The notes under the pieces: generated by a model | What the model was told of the DNA's origin: nothing | Databases searched by the model: none | Seen by the model: only the letters and a program-made list of their open reading frames with translations | In this document: positions 52,798 to 64,000 of the stretch, piece after piece | Position numbering within the stretch: position 1 is the first letter of the stretch | Layout of the letters: every line of letters begins with the position of its first letter | Program-made: the position numbers and the translations under genes | Source of the DNA: Chiloscyllium plagiosum | Taxonomy: Eukaryota | Assembly (NCBI RefSeq): GCF_004010195.1 | Contig: NC_057719.1 | Coordinates: forward strand, 60,961,365 to 61,025,364 | Direction: 5' to 3' | Length of the DNA: 64,000 nucleotides

Positions 52798-53262
52798 AAT
52801 TAAAAATCACACAACACCAGGTTATAGTCCAACAGGTCTATTTGGAAGCACTAGCTTTTGGAGCACTGCTCCTTCATTAGGTGGTTGTGGAGAATAAGAT
52901 TGTAAGAGACAGAATTTATAGCAAAAGTTTACAGTGTCATGTAACTGAAATTACATATTGAAAAAGACCTGGATTGCTTCAGTCTCTCATCTTTTAGAAT
53001 GTACTTTGAATCACTTGAGAATGATGAGAGACTTAACAAACAGTCTAGGTCTTTTTCAATATATAATTTCAGTTACATCACACTGTAAACTTTTGCTATA
53101 AATTCTGTGTCTTACAATGTTATTCTCCACAATCGCCTGATGAAGGAGCAGTGCTCCAAAAGCTGGTGCTTCCAAATAAACCTATTGGACTTTAACCTGG
53201 TGTTGTGGTGTGATTTTTAAATTTGTGCACCCCAGTCCAATACCAGCATCTCCAAATCATGT
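52798..53262. mobile_element. Fold-back PLE 3'-end element (family C) with a decayed hammerhead motif on each strand
   Basis: Long inverted arms (about 52800-52990 vs 53020-53220); 9-bp TSD CCAATCCCT (52789-52797, 53263-53271); motifs at about 52849-52883 (-) and 53134-53168 (+). Confidence 0.8.
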
Positions 53263-54404
53263 CCAATCCCTGTCACCCATCTTTGCACAATTTGTATCTT
53301 TTCTATGAGTTTGATGCTATCTTGACTTTTTAAATCAATCATTTTTTTTGTTGGAATGTAACTATTCTGCACTTTCTGGAATATTGCTTTAAGTGCTTAT
53401 CACTGCATCTCAACTGACATATCTCTTAACCCCAAGTTGCAAGTTCACTTCACGAGCTTTGCTTTCATGCCTTCATAACTGCCCTTGTTTAAATTAAAAA
53501 TAGTAGTCTTGGATCAATGTTTCTTTCCCTTAAACTGTGTGCAAAGTTCACTCATATTATGGTCACTACCACCCAGGGACACATCCACTATGAGGTCGGT
53601 AGTTAATTCTCACTCCTTGTTCAAAACTAGATTCTAGTATAGCCTGTTCTCTGGTTGGTACTGTAACATGTACCGTGAACATTCAATGAATTCCTCAACG
53701 CTAGACTACATTTTCCTATCAAAGTTTTACAGTCTCAAATCAGAGATAAGACTAGAGGTTACAAAAATAGTAAAAAGGCAAATTAAAATCCCTGATGATA
53801 ATCGATTCACCCTTGTGACAAGCTCTCATTATTTCTTCAGTGTGGTTACTATTAGGGGGACTATGAACAACTCCCATAAATGATTGTATCACACTAATAA
53901 AATATTAATTAACAGGACTACTGCTCCACTCTTTCCTCAAATCTAGTCCTTCCTTAATGTCATATACCCTTCAATATTGAGGTTCCAGTTTAGGTCATCC
54001 TGCAGCCACGTCTCAGTAACAGCCACTAGCTTGTAATTAATTGATTAATTTATATTTCTAGTTCATTTGTTTTGGTTTGAATGTTATGTGCCTTAATTTT
54101 TGTCCTTTTTTTATTTTTTGTAATCCAAGTCTTACCTGATGCGCTCTTAGATCTGTAAACTCTATATGTGACTAGAACCAGCACATTTTCCATTTTCTGT
54201 CGTCCATTATTTCACAATTCTAAGTGTTACTTCTCCAGCTTGTGCTGATTCTATGCCAATTCAAGAATCAGACTATCAGATACCCTTTTGTTGGAGTACA
54301 TGTTTACCAAAACTCCATCCAATGTTTTCTGGACTACAATGTGGATTTTCACTGGACATCTTTCTGCTTCGGATCATATGGATTTCAACAGACTGTTCGT
54401 TGGT

Positions 54405-54593
54405 ATAAGACCATAAGACATAGGAGTGGAAGTAAGGCCATTCGGCCCATCGAGTCCACTCCGCCATTCAATCATGGCTGATGGGCATTTCAACTCCACT
54501 TACCTGCATTCTCCCCTTGGCCCTTAATTCCTTGTGACATCAAGAATTTATCAATCTCTGCCTTGAAGACATTTAGCGTCCCGGCCTCCACTG
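54405..54593 (-). mobile_element. Young CR1 3' end running into the gap (family of element C)
   Basis: ataagaccataagacataggagtggaagtaaggccattcggccc is the reverse complement of the 3' end at 29220-29264. Confidence 0.9.
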
Positions 54594-55093
54594 NNNNNNN
54601 NNNNNNNNNNNNNNNNNNNNNNNNNNNNNNNNNNNNNNNNNNNNNNNNNNNNNNNNNNNNNNNNNNNNNNNNNNNNNNNNNNNNNNNNNNNNNNNNNNNN
54701 NNNNNNNNNNNNNNNNNNNNNNNNNNNNNNNNNNNNNNNNNNNNNNNNNNNNNNNNNNNNNNNNNNNNNNNNNNNNNNNNNNNNNNNNNNNNNNNNNNNN
54801 NNNNNNNNNNNNNNNNNNNNNNNNNNNNNNNNNNNNNNNNNNNNNNNNNNNNNNNNNNNNNNNNNNNNNNNNNNNNNNNNNNNNNNNNNNNNNNNNNNNN
54901 NNNNNNNNNNNNNNNNNNNNNNNNNNNNNNNNNNNNNNNNNNNNNNNNNNNNNNNNNNNNNNNNNNNNNNNNNNNNNNNNNNNNNNNNNNNNNNNNNNNN
55001 NNNNNNNNNNNNNNNNNNNNNNNNNNNNNNNNNNNNNNNNNNNNNNNNNNNNNNNNNNNNNNNNNNNNNNNNNNNNNNNNNNNNNNNNNNNNN
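54594..55093. other. Assembly gap (N run)
   Basis: Run of N. Confidence 1.
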
Positions 55094-55324
55094 CATCTGG
55101 CAAAATTGGAGATAGCTTTAAGATCTAGGGATCATTCACACACAGTTGAGAAACTTGTGAGCAAACAAGTGTTCTTTGGATCTAGGAGATGAAGGTGAAA
55201 CTTAGGAGGCGGATCACCAAAATTAGAAAGCTGAGGAGCTGATTATTGAAAGGGAGGAAAGCAGCATTGGAGATATCAGTGAAATGCCAGTAAAATAGAG
55301 AACAAATCGGGTGCCATAAAGGAA

Positions 55325-56480
55325 ATCATGAATTCAAATCTCAGCATGGCACCAGGAAGATTGAAATTTAGTTAACTAAATAAATAAGGAATAAAAAAGC
55401 TAGCAATAGTGAACATGAACTTACCACACCATTGTCAAAAAAGAATCCACTGTTGTTATTCTGTCAGATCTAAATGTAACTCCAGATTCATAATAATGTG
55501 GTTAATTCTTAACTCTTCTCTTAAATGCCCAACAAGTATTGCACCAAAGTGCCACAAGAAACAATAAAACCAGATGCACCACTGGGTATCAACTTAGGAA
55601 GTGGATATGATAAAGACACGCGCTGGCCAACTGACCCCAGAAAATCCTCCTCATTAACACCTAGTAACTTATGTAATAGTTAGGAAAGTATTCCATACTG
55701 TGGTTAAGCATTACATAATCATATTCTCAAGAATCATCTCTTCAAACCAACCTCCCAAGATCCTCCATCACCATTGCAACGTGTATCCTGTCCAATAGAT
55801 ATACCAGAGGTGGTGAATTATGGTGTACAAATCAAGAGGAAGTTGGTTTGGAAGTCCTTAATATTGACTTGAGCCTTATGACGGCTCATGACACTGGACC
55901 AAAAATAGGCAAAAGATCAATCCTTCTGGTTACCAGCTATCACCCACCCTTAATTGATGATCCATACTCCTCCATGTTGAACAGCCCTTCAAAGAAGCAG
56001 AGAGTTGCAAAGGCACAGAAATTACTCTGGGAGATTGACTTCAGTGTTTATCACCAAGAGTGGCTTCATCATACTGTCACACACTGAGCTGGTTGAATCC
56101 TGAAATGTATGAAATGTATAGTAGCTGTATGCTACGATAGTGAATCTGCACCAAATGGTGAGAAGCAACATAAAGTCCTACTCAACCTTGTCCTCACCAA
56201 TCCACCAGTCACTTATCTATCTGTCCATAACAGCATCGGTAGAAGTGACCACACAATCCCTATACAGACCAAGTCCCAGCTTTAGACTGAACACACATAT
56301 TGTTGTGTTGTGTGATACTATTACCATACCAAAGTTTCAGAAATGATCTGGCAGTTTAAAAATGGACACCCATGAGATATTGTGAACTATCAGCAGCAGT
56401 AGAACTACATTCAATCCAGAATCTGCAAATCTCATGGTCTGGAATATTCCTCACCCTAGTAATATTATAATGTCAAGGAA
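55325..56480 (+). mobile_element. Older 5' copy of the tRNA-headed CR1/L2-group LINE (end of head + EN)
   Basis: catgaattcaaatctcagcatggc (B-box region), aatgtggttaattcttaact, aaatcctcctcattaacac, LLVTSYHPP, DFSVYHQEWL; collinear with 5410-6450. Confidence 0.65.
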
Positions 56481-56599
56481 TGAATTTTTTTTTCAAGGTT
56501 GAGCATCTACTGCTTTAATTACCAACTCTCAACTTCTGCCTCATGAACTCCTGACTGAAGACAGCCTTGAGGTTTACTCACATCCCAAGACAGCCTCAA

Positions 56600-57960
56600 G
56601 GATGGGAATTCTTATTTCTTCCTTCCCCAGCCACCCTAGGAAGTTACAGTACAAGTCCTGGAACCAATACTCCTCCAAGCATGGAACAAATAAGTTTCAC
56701 CAATGCTAGATGATGGTCCAATCTTGTCACAGTGTATGGAAGGTACTGGAGCTCAGGGAATGTGCATCTTAGAGTTGTAAAGGCAGTTGATTCTTGGACT
56801 CCAGGCGAAACTGAAATGAAGACATGGAAGTAATGGAGATGTTGACATGTGTCCACCGATGGAAGGGCTTCAGGTCCCTCAGACACCTTCCAACCAATGA
56901 TGCATGCGTAGAGCACTTCCACAGTTCCTCATCTTGAGGGTGCAGTTGAAATTCCCATACCCCACCATACTAAGGAAGATGCATACATCCACATGGAGCT
57001 AAGAAGAACAGACACTTCTTCAAATAAACTCATGTGCTATGGCCCAATCCGTACAGCGTACACATTCACCTTAATGGTCAGATGAGGCAGTCAAACTGGA
57101 ATAAGCCTGCTGACCACCAAACACTCCAGCTAAAAATTGGGAGCCAACTAGATTGCCATTCAGCCAGAGTTTGTCACAAACAGACAGAATAAATTTATTA
57201 AGATTTTCTGGAACAAAAAGCAACACATTGCTGATGAGGTACTGAGTCTCCCGTTTGGAGAGGAGGGCTCAGCCATTGATATTCCTTTGTACAAAATAGT
57301 AAAATTCTACCTTCAGATTCTGCAGCAACGTATTTATGTGGAGCTTCCTTCAAGGTGGCATGTTCTGATGACTTATTTCTTCCATCAGGTATGTGACCTC
57401 AATGATGACATGCAATCTCTAATTACGAAGTGAATGAACTATTTGCTCTTTTTCCAGGAATTGCCTGTTGTGTATTTGGGCCTGATCAAAGTTTGGTACA
57501 TAATCACCTTGCACTAAGTGCTCTCTTTTAGGGATTGGCAGCTGCCATAAGGGAGCTGCTAGTCAGGAACATGTTCCTTCATCAGTGGCGTGACCAATGG
57601 CATGCAGAAGAGAGGGTTCAGGATGCTGGGTAGATGAGACTCTGGGACAGGCTGGATGACACCAGCATAATTGGTAGTGAGGGCATTTGTTAACATCCAG
57701 TACACAGGCAATCCATGAAGAACCACTGAACTGTAGTAAACAACACTGAAAATGCACAGTGAATCCAAGCAAGCTCAGGTGTGCAGCGAACTTCCATTTG
57801 TCCGAAACTTGACATTGGCCCCAAATACGAGATCCTCCTTCAATACACAATCTGAACCATCCCAGGGGAATCTTTCCTGTGCCCTCCAAAAGGTACAAAG
57901 GCTTTACATGTATGGGTTATTGTTGCACATTCTCCATTTTTGCACGGTTATTTGCCATTA
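56600..57960 (-). mobile_element. Possible second Harbinger relic
   Basis: TTLRCTFPELQYLPYTV (cf. LKxRFRCL..LQYxPxxV) and other weak fragments. Confidence 0.3.
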
Positions 57961-58325
57961 AGATGTTTCTTGGCCTAATATGCTACCTTCCAGCAGTGGA
58001 GTGAAGGCCTCTTAATAAGGGGGTCCTTCCTCTTTCCACTGAGGATCTAGGATAGAGAATATTGCACACAAATGTCAAAGGCAATAGAAGGTTACAAAAC
58101 TTCATTGGTGCCAGACCACATTGCGCTTTTGAAGCCTAAGAAAACTGAGATTCACATTGAAGGTTTTTGTTTGCAGTCCCTGTTTAGTTTCTTAAAAGGG
58201 CTGCTTTTAAATCTATGGCAGCACATCATCCCCATGTTCTTAATCTATTAGCAGACTGTGTGGAAGGAGCATAGATAGGTCAAAGGCTCTTTTCCTGGAT
58301 CTGGAATAAGTGACCATGAACATAC

Positions 58326-58558
58326 AATCATAGAATTCCTACAGTGTGGAAGCAGGCCATTCTGCACATTGAGTCCACACTAACCCTTCAAAGTACAGCC
58401 CACACAGACCCACACCCCTACATCCCTATAATACTGCATTTCTCATGGCTAATCCAGCAAGCCTACACATTCCTGGACACTATCAGTAATCTGGCATGAT
58501 CAATCCACTTAACCTGTAAATCTCTGGACTATGGGAAGAAACCGGAGCACCTGGAGGT
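58326..58558 (-). mobile_element. Older V-SINE, 5'-truncated
   Basis: ggactatgggaagaaaccggagcacctggagg is the reverse complement of the V domain; CR1-like tail. Confidence 0.8.
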
Positions 58559-58959
58559 TCAGGCAGCAGAGCCTGAACAACATCTTAGAACAGAAACGTC
58601 AGTGCCCTCAGGAAACATTGTTGAGAATTGAGAGTCCTGTTAATGTGTTTCCAGCATTCTATATTTAGTATTGCCTGTGTAGCTTAAGACCCCATACAAC
58701 AGTGTTGCATTAGTTTCTGCAAATGTAAACAAATCTCTATCTGAAATCAAATAATGGCCACAATGCAGAAGGTTATGGACATAGAAGGAATGCCATTACA
58801 TAAAGGCTGTTTAGATCTCTTAAAGGAATTGTGCACCTTTTAATTGCTCAGCATTGGAAACTTGTTCCTCTGCCTGGGAAGTAACTAACAACAACTGGAG
58901 CACACACCTTTTTTAATGTTCACTCATGGGACGTGAACACCATTGGCTGGCCAGGGGAT

Positions 58960-59396
58960 GCAGATGCATAGTTCCCTGAAAAGAGAGTCACGGATAGACA
59001 GGGTGGTGAAGAAGATGTTTGACACGTTTACTTTCATTAGTGAGAACATTTAGTACAGGAATTAAGATGTTATATTGCAGTTGTACAAGACATTGGTGAT
59101 GCTACTTTTAGAATAATGCACAGAACTCTGGTCCCCCTTCTATGGGAAGGATATTGTTAAACGTGAGAGGATGTAGAAAAAGATTTACAAGGATGTTGCC
59201 AAGACTGCAGGATTTTAGAAATAGGAAAACGCTGAATAGGTTTAGGCCTTTTTCCTTGGAGTGTCAGAGTTACCTCAGAGACTTATAAAATCATGAGGGG
59301 CACGGATAGGTGAATAGCAAATTTCTTTCTCCTCGTGTGGGGGCATTCAAGACTCGAGGGTATAGGTTTAAGGTGAGGGGGGAAAGATGTAAAAAG
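58960..59396 (+). mobile_element. Decayed HER1/CR1 fragment ending at the LTR
   Basis: DRVVKKMF..LYKTLVMLLLE*CTELWSP..YKIMRG. Confidence 0.8.
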
Positions 59397-60115
59397 TGTT
59401 AAAAGGTGTAGAGGTGTACCATATCTTTAAGAGAGCTGAGAAGCTAGCAAGGACTGACAAAACACAGAGTCCTGAACAAGGTAACAATATAACACTTAGT
59501 AAAAATAAATAGCAGCAAATGGGTTGTCATGAAACAATAACAAATTCAAATTTGGCCAATCAGTTTAAATCATGCCCCAAGATACCAAAATCCAATCAAA
59601 TTTGAATTTTGTATTTTGATAATGTTCAAACCAATGAAACAATCCAATGTTTTGGGGTATGAAACTGGACATTTTGAACAATTATGGGCAGAACTGACAA
59701 AGACCAACAAATGTAGCCTACTAGCTGAAGTGCTCTCTGAAAGGTACCTGCCTGTGGGGAGTTTGGACAGCAGAACATCAAGGCTGACCTGGAGAGAATC
59801 TACAAAGGGGAATCGGCAAAGCTGACTGGTTTTGAAACATGTTTTTTTTTGTAAATCTTAATCGGGATTTTTTTAAAATGAACCAGTATTGTAGACTGAG
59901 AGGCAAGAGATAAGTTTAAGAAAAAAAGACTTGTAAATAGCTGTTGTTTGAATGTTCTCTGTTGGAATTAAATCTAAAATTGTTAATGTTTACTTGAAAT
60001 AGTGACCTCTGGGATAATTCTTTGCCAGTCGAATTTCAACAGATTACAGGACGGGGTGGATCTTTTCTGTAAGGCAGGTTTAAATTAGCAGAGGGGTTTA
60101 CATTGTGTCATAACA
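59397..60115 (+). mobile_element. 5' LTR of a Gypsy (Gmr1-like) element
   Basis: TGTTA...TAACA termini, followed directly by a PBS and gag; start position less certain than end. Confidence 0.75.
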
Positions 60116-60119
60116 GTTT

Positions 60120-60137
60120 TGGGGGCTCGTCTGGGAT
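60120..60137 (+). promoter_or_regulatory. Primer-binding site, tRNA-Pro
   Basis: TGGGGGCTCGTCTGGGAT, 17/18 match to the tRNA-Pro PBS TGGGGGCTCGTCCGGGAT, 4 nt after the LTR end. Confidence 0.85.
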
Positions 60138-60347
60138 TTGAACAGTTTAGGGGCTATTGTCTGTGACTTGGCCAGGTTTAGAAGATCCAGTCTGAGACTT
60201 GGACAGATTTGAATAGATTTGGGGTACAAAAAAGCCCAGTAGATTTAAACACTTGCAGGATAGTGTCCTCGATCTTTAAATAAAATGGAGGTGAGACAAT
60301 TTGTTTAATTTCATGACTTGTGATTAGTTAAATTAAAAGTGAGAGAA

Positions 60348-61270
60348 ATGGCCCTTAAAATTACTAAAGAAGTCTGGGATTTGAAGATGATTCTCAAATT
60401 TGCCAAGGACGTTTCAAAGGAAAGAAAAAGGCCATACTTTTAGAATTAGCAAATAAGTTAGATTTGTGTTTAATCAAGGACAAAAGTAAAGCTGAAATTG
60501 AAAGAGAGTTGCTCAAACACTTATGTATGTCAGAAAATCAGACAAGTGCAGGTGAGGTAGAAAAAAATAAATTACAATTGAGGAAAATGGAGTTCAAAGA
60601 TAAACAAAGTAGGAGGGGGGAAAGAGAGAGGAAGAGAAAAAAGAAAGAGAGAGAATAATGTCTCTTAAAGCCTCATAGGTCTTATCTATGTTTGAAGTAC
60701 GTACCCATCTATCAAAATGAGAGAGGGAAAAGAGACAAGAGATCAGGTTTTTCGCTGAATAAAGAGGGAAAGAAGAAAGGGAGAGACAAAAACAGAGAAT
60801 GTGAACTTGAGAAGTTGCAACTTAGCAAACTCAAGTTAACAGGATGGAGATTAAAAGAGAAGGTAGTGATATACAGGAATATGTCAAAACTCTGCCACAT
60901 TTTGATGAGAAACTATTGAAGCCTTATTTATTTCATATGAAAAATTGGCTAGGCATATGAAGTGGTCTGAGGATTTATTAGTAATGCTAGTTCAGATTAA
61001 ACTAGTAGGCAGAGCGAGTGAGGTAATTGCCGTGCTGTTAGACGAGGGGTCAAGAGGATATGAAGAGGTTAAATAGACTATTTTCAGAGCTTATGAAATG
61101 GTACCAGAAGCATAAAAACAGTTGTTCAGAAACATGGACAAGGAACCAGGCCAGACTTACGTTGAGTTTGAAAGAATTAAACATAGTCATTTTGATAGAT
61201 GGGTACGTACTTCAAACATAGATAAGACCTATGAGGCTTTAAGAGACATTATTCTGCTGGAGGAGTTTAA
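60348..61270 (+). mobile_element. Gypsy gag relic (capsid/SCAN-like), cut by a CR1 insertion
   Basis: KKAILLELANKL..charged coiled-coil region..TLPHFDE..AYEMVPEA*KQLFRNMDKEPGQTYVEFERIK..ILLEEFK. Confidence 0.85.
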
Positions 61271-64000
61271 GGAACAGAAAGTTTTTTATTGCAGCAGAGA
61301 ACGGCGGGAGCAAGGTGGAAGTGAGGTTGGAGCACAGAGGCTGCTGGGAAGGTTTGTGAGTGCTATTTAAGTACCTACCTTAAAGCCAGCGGTCTTTTTT
61401 GCACCAGAGAGCAGTGGGAAATGGGCGGAAGAAAGATCAGAGCCCCAGGCTGTTGGGAAGGTTAGTGAGTTCTATTTAAGTAGGTCCTACACAGTAGGGC
61501 CTCCCTCCCAACCTCCTCCTCTGACCTAATTAAGAATCCACAGACTCACAGCAAAAAAAAATCTGCCAAGCTGATTCAGTGTGCTGCGTGCATGATGTGG
61601 GAAGCCAGGGACACTGATGGTGTCTCTGGCTCCCATATCTGTGGAAAGTGTGTACACATTCAGTTTCTGACACAGCATGTTGCAGCACTAAAGAGAGAAC
61701 TAGATGACCTCAGGCTCATCCAAGAGAACAAGAATTTTCTGGATGGGACTTTCAGCGAGGTCATTATACCGAGCATACCAGAAGAGAGAAGGGAGATGAT
61801 GATGAGGAAGGAAGAGATGATTCAATTACAAGAGACCCTGGGGGAACTATCTCTCATGTACAGGTTGAATCTCTTGGAAACTGTCAAGACAGATGATCAT
61901 ACCAGTCTGAGAGGCAGACAGGTCTGCCAATCGAAGATTGGTGTGGAGGCAGAGCCGAGGAGTCAGATATCATGCAGAGACGTGGTAATGGGGACTCCAT
62001 AGTGAGAGGGACTGAAAGGGGTTTCTGCGGCAACAGGCGGTATTTGAGGATGATGTGTTGCTTTCCTGGTGTCAGGTTCCAGGACGTCACCCACAGAGTG
62101 CAGGGAATCCTCAAGGGCAAAGGCGAAGAGCCAGAGGTGGTGGTGCATGTCGGCACAAATGACGTCGGGAAGAAGAGGCGGGACATTTACAGCGGGACCT
62201 CAGAGAATGCGGAAGAAGGCTGAAAAGCAGGACTTCCAGGGAGGTTATCTCCAGTTTCCTTCCAGTTTCTCGGGCTGGAGAGGGCAGGTACAGGAAGATA
62301 ATGGACTTGAATGTGTGGCTGAGGAACTGGTGCAGGAAGCAAGGATTTAAATTCTTGGATCACTAGGGTATGTTTTGCGGTAAGGATAAATTATACAAGA
62401 AGGAGGGGTTGCACCTTAATAGGTGGGGGACCAGCATTCTGGCAGGCAGGTTTGCCACTGTAACACAGGTGTGTTTAAACTAAGAAATGGGCGGAGGGCA
62501 CAATCTGGAAATTTAAGAAGCAAGTTAAAGGGAAAGTGAGAATAAGAGAAGTTAAGAAAGACGACAGAATCAATGGAGCAGAAAACTCAAGATCATACAG
62601 TATGGTCAAGTGAAATAGGGATTGACAGAAAGGGTGAGGGGAGTAACAAATTAAAAATATTATATATGAATGCACAAAACATAAGAAATAAGGTGGATGA
62701 GCTTGAGGCTCAGTTGGAAATTGGCAGGTATGATGTTGTGGGGATAACTGAGACGTGGCTTCAAGTGGACAGGGCCTGGGAAATGAATATTCAAGGCTAC
62801 ACGTGCTAACGAAAGGACAGACTGACGGCCAGAGGGGGTGGGGTGGCCTTATTGGTGAGGAATGATATTCAGTACCTTGCAAGGGGGGACAGAGAATCAG
62901 GAGATTTGGAGTCAGTATGGATAGAGCTGAGAAATGCTAAGGGTAGAAAGGCCCTAATGGGAGTTATCTACAGGCCCCAAACAGTCATCTGGATGTAGGA
63001 TATAAGTTGAATAAGGAGTTGAAATTGGCCTGTCGAAAAGGTATTACTACAGTTGTTATCGGGGATTTCAACATGTAGGTAGATTGGGAGAATCGGGATA
63101 GTACTGGACCTCAAGAAAGGGAGTTTGTGGACTGCCTCCGAGATAGAACAGCTTGTACTGGAGCCTACCAGGGAGAAGGCAATTCTGGATCTGGTGTTGT
63201 GCAACAAACCGGATTTGATCAGGGACCTCAAAGTAAAGGAGCCATTAGGAGGTAGTGACCATAATAAGTTTTAATCTGTAATTTGAGAGGGAGAAGGGAG
63301 AATCTGAAGTGTGAGTATTGCAGTTGAACAGAGGGAACTATGGAGCAATGAGGGAGGAGCTGGCCAAAGTTCAATAGTTCAATACCCTAACAGGGATGGC
63401 ACTGGAACAACAATGGCAGGTATTTCGGGACATTATGCAGAAGGTGCAGGATCAGTTCATTGCAAAGAGGAAGAAAGATCCTAAGGGGAGGCGGGGTGGC
63501 TGTGGCTGGCGAGGGAAGTTAAGGACTGTATAAAGATAAAAGTATAATATAGCAAAGAGGAGCGGGAAACATTTAAAGAGGAGGATAACTAAAAAGGAAA
63601 TAGGTGGAGAAAAAATGTAGTACGAAGGCAAACTGGCCAAAAATATAAAGGAGGATAGTAAAAGCTTTTAATGTATATGAAAAGAAGAAAATGGTTAAGA
63701 TTAAAATTAGGCACTTGAAGGCAGAGTGGGGAAGAAGGAAATGGCAGAAGAGTTGAATAGGTACTTTTGATCTGTCTTCACTGGGGAAGACACAAGCAAT
63801 CTCCCAGATGTAATAGTGGCTGAAGGACCTAGGGTAATGGATGAACTAAAGGAAACTTATATTAGGCAGCAAATATAGACCAGTTAGCCTGACGTCAGTG
63901 ATGGGAAAGATGCTGGAGTCAATTATAAAAGATGAAATTACGACTCATTTTGATAGCAGCAACAGGATAGGTCAGAGACAGCATGGATTTACGAAGGGTA
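61271..64000 (+). mobile_element. CR1 LINE with 5' UTR, ORF1 (zinc finger/leucine zipper + SGNH esterase) and ORF2 (EN to start of RT); runs off the right edge
   Basis: QCAACMMWE..ICGKC..LKRELDDLRLI; GDSIVRG..VVVHVGTNDV; LKILYMNAQNIRNK..GITETWL; YRPVSLTSV..QHGF; stops and frameshifts. Confidence 0.93.

Larger units (their letters stand above)
50990..54150 (-). mobile_element. Old CR1 LINE relic hosting two younger insertions
   Basis: RRVRDDLIETYKILRGLD, LENTLEAIIK, SLSPDGFH, LGGSDHNM pieces in collinear order. Confidence 0.75.

Noticed and set aside
1..64000. CRISPR array, operon or prokaryotic defence system
   Set aside because: No repeat-spacer array or gene-dense region; the sequence is eukaryotic repeat-rich DNA

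Overview
Vertebrate nuclear DNA from an elasmobranch, most likely a shark, since it carries HE1-type V-SINEs and HER1/CR1 LINEs. The window is intronic or intergenic and consists mostly of nested, decayed transposable elements, with two N gaps (15355-15834, 54594-55093). I could not recognise any host protein-coding gene. Every long ORF is a TE fragment, an antisense reading of one, or an artefact of the N runs. Elements seen: CR1/HER1 LINEs of several ages, a Rex1/Babar LINE, Penelope-like elements (PLEs) of at least three families, Gmr1-like Gypsy LTR relics (LTR, tRNA-Pro PBS, gag, protease, RNase H), a Gypsy integrase relic, a solo LTR, Harbinger transposase and Myb relics, SINEs and a MITE. 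Two signals stand out. (1) Minimal hammerhead ribozyme motifs (CUGAnGA-stem II-GAAA-NNUH) occur in three PLE families, mostly inside short fold-back insertions with target-site duplications (TSDs) and one motif on each strand. (2) A compact CR1/L2-group LINE with no visible ORF1 has a tRNA-like A/B-box head, and short head+tail derivatives of it are scattered through the window. All calls come from reading the sequence by eye; boundaries of old elements are approximate.
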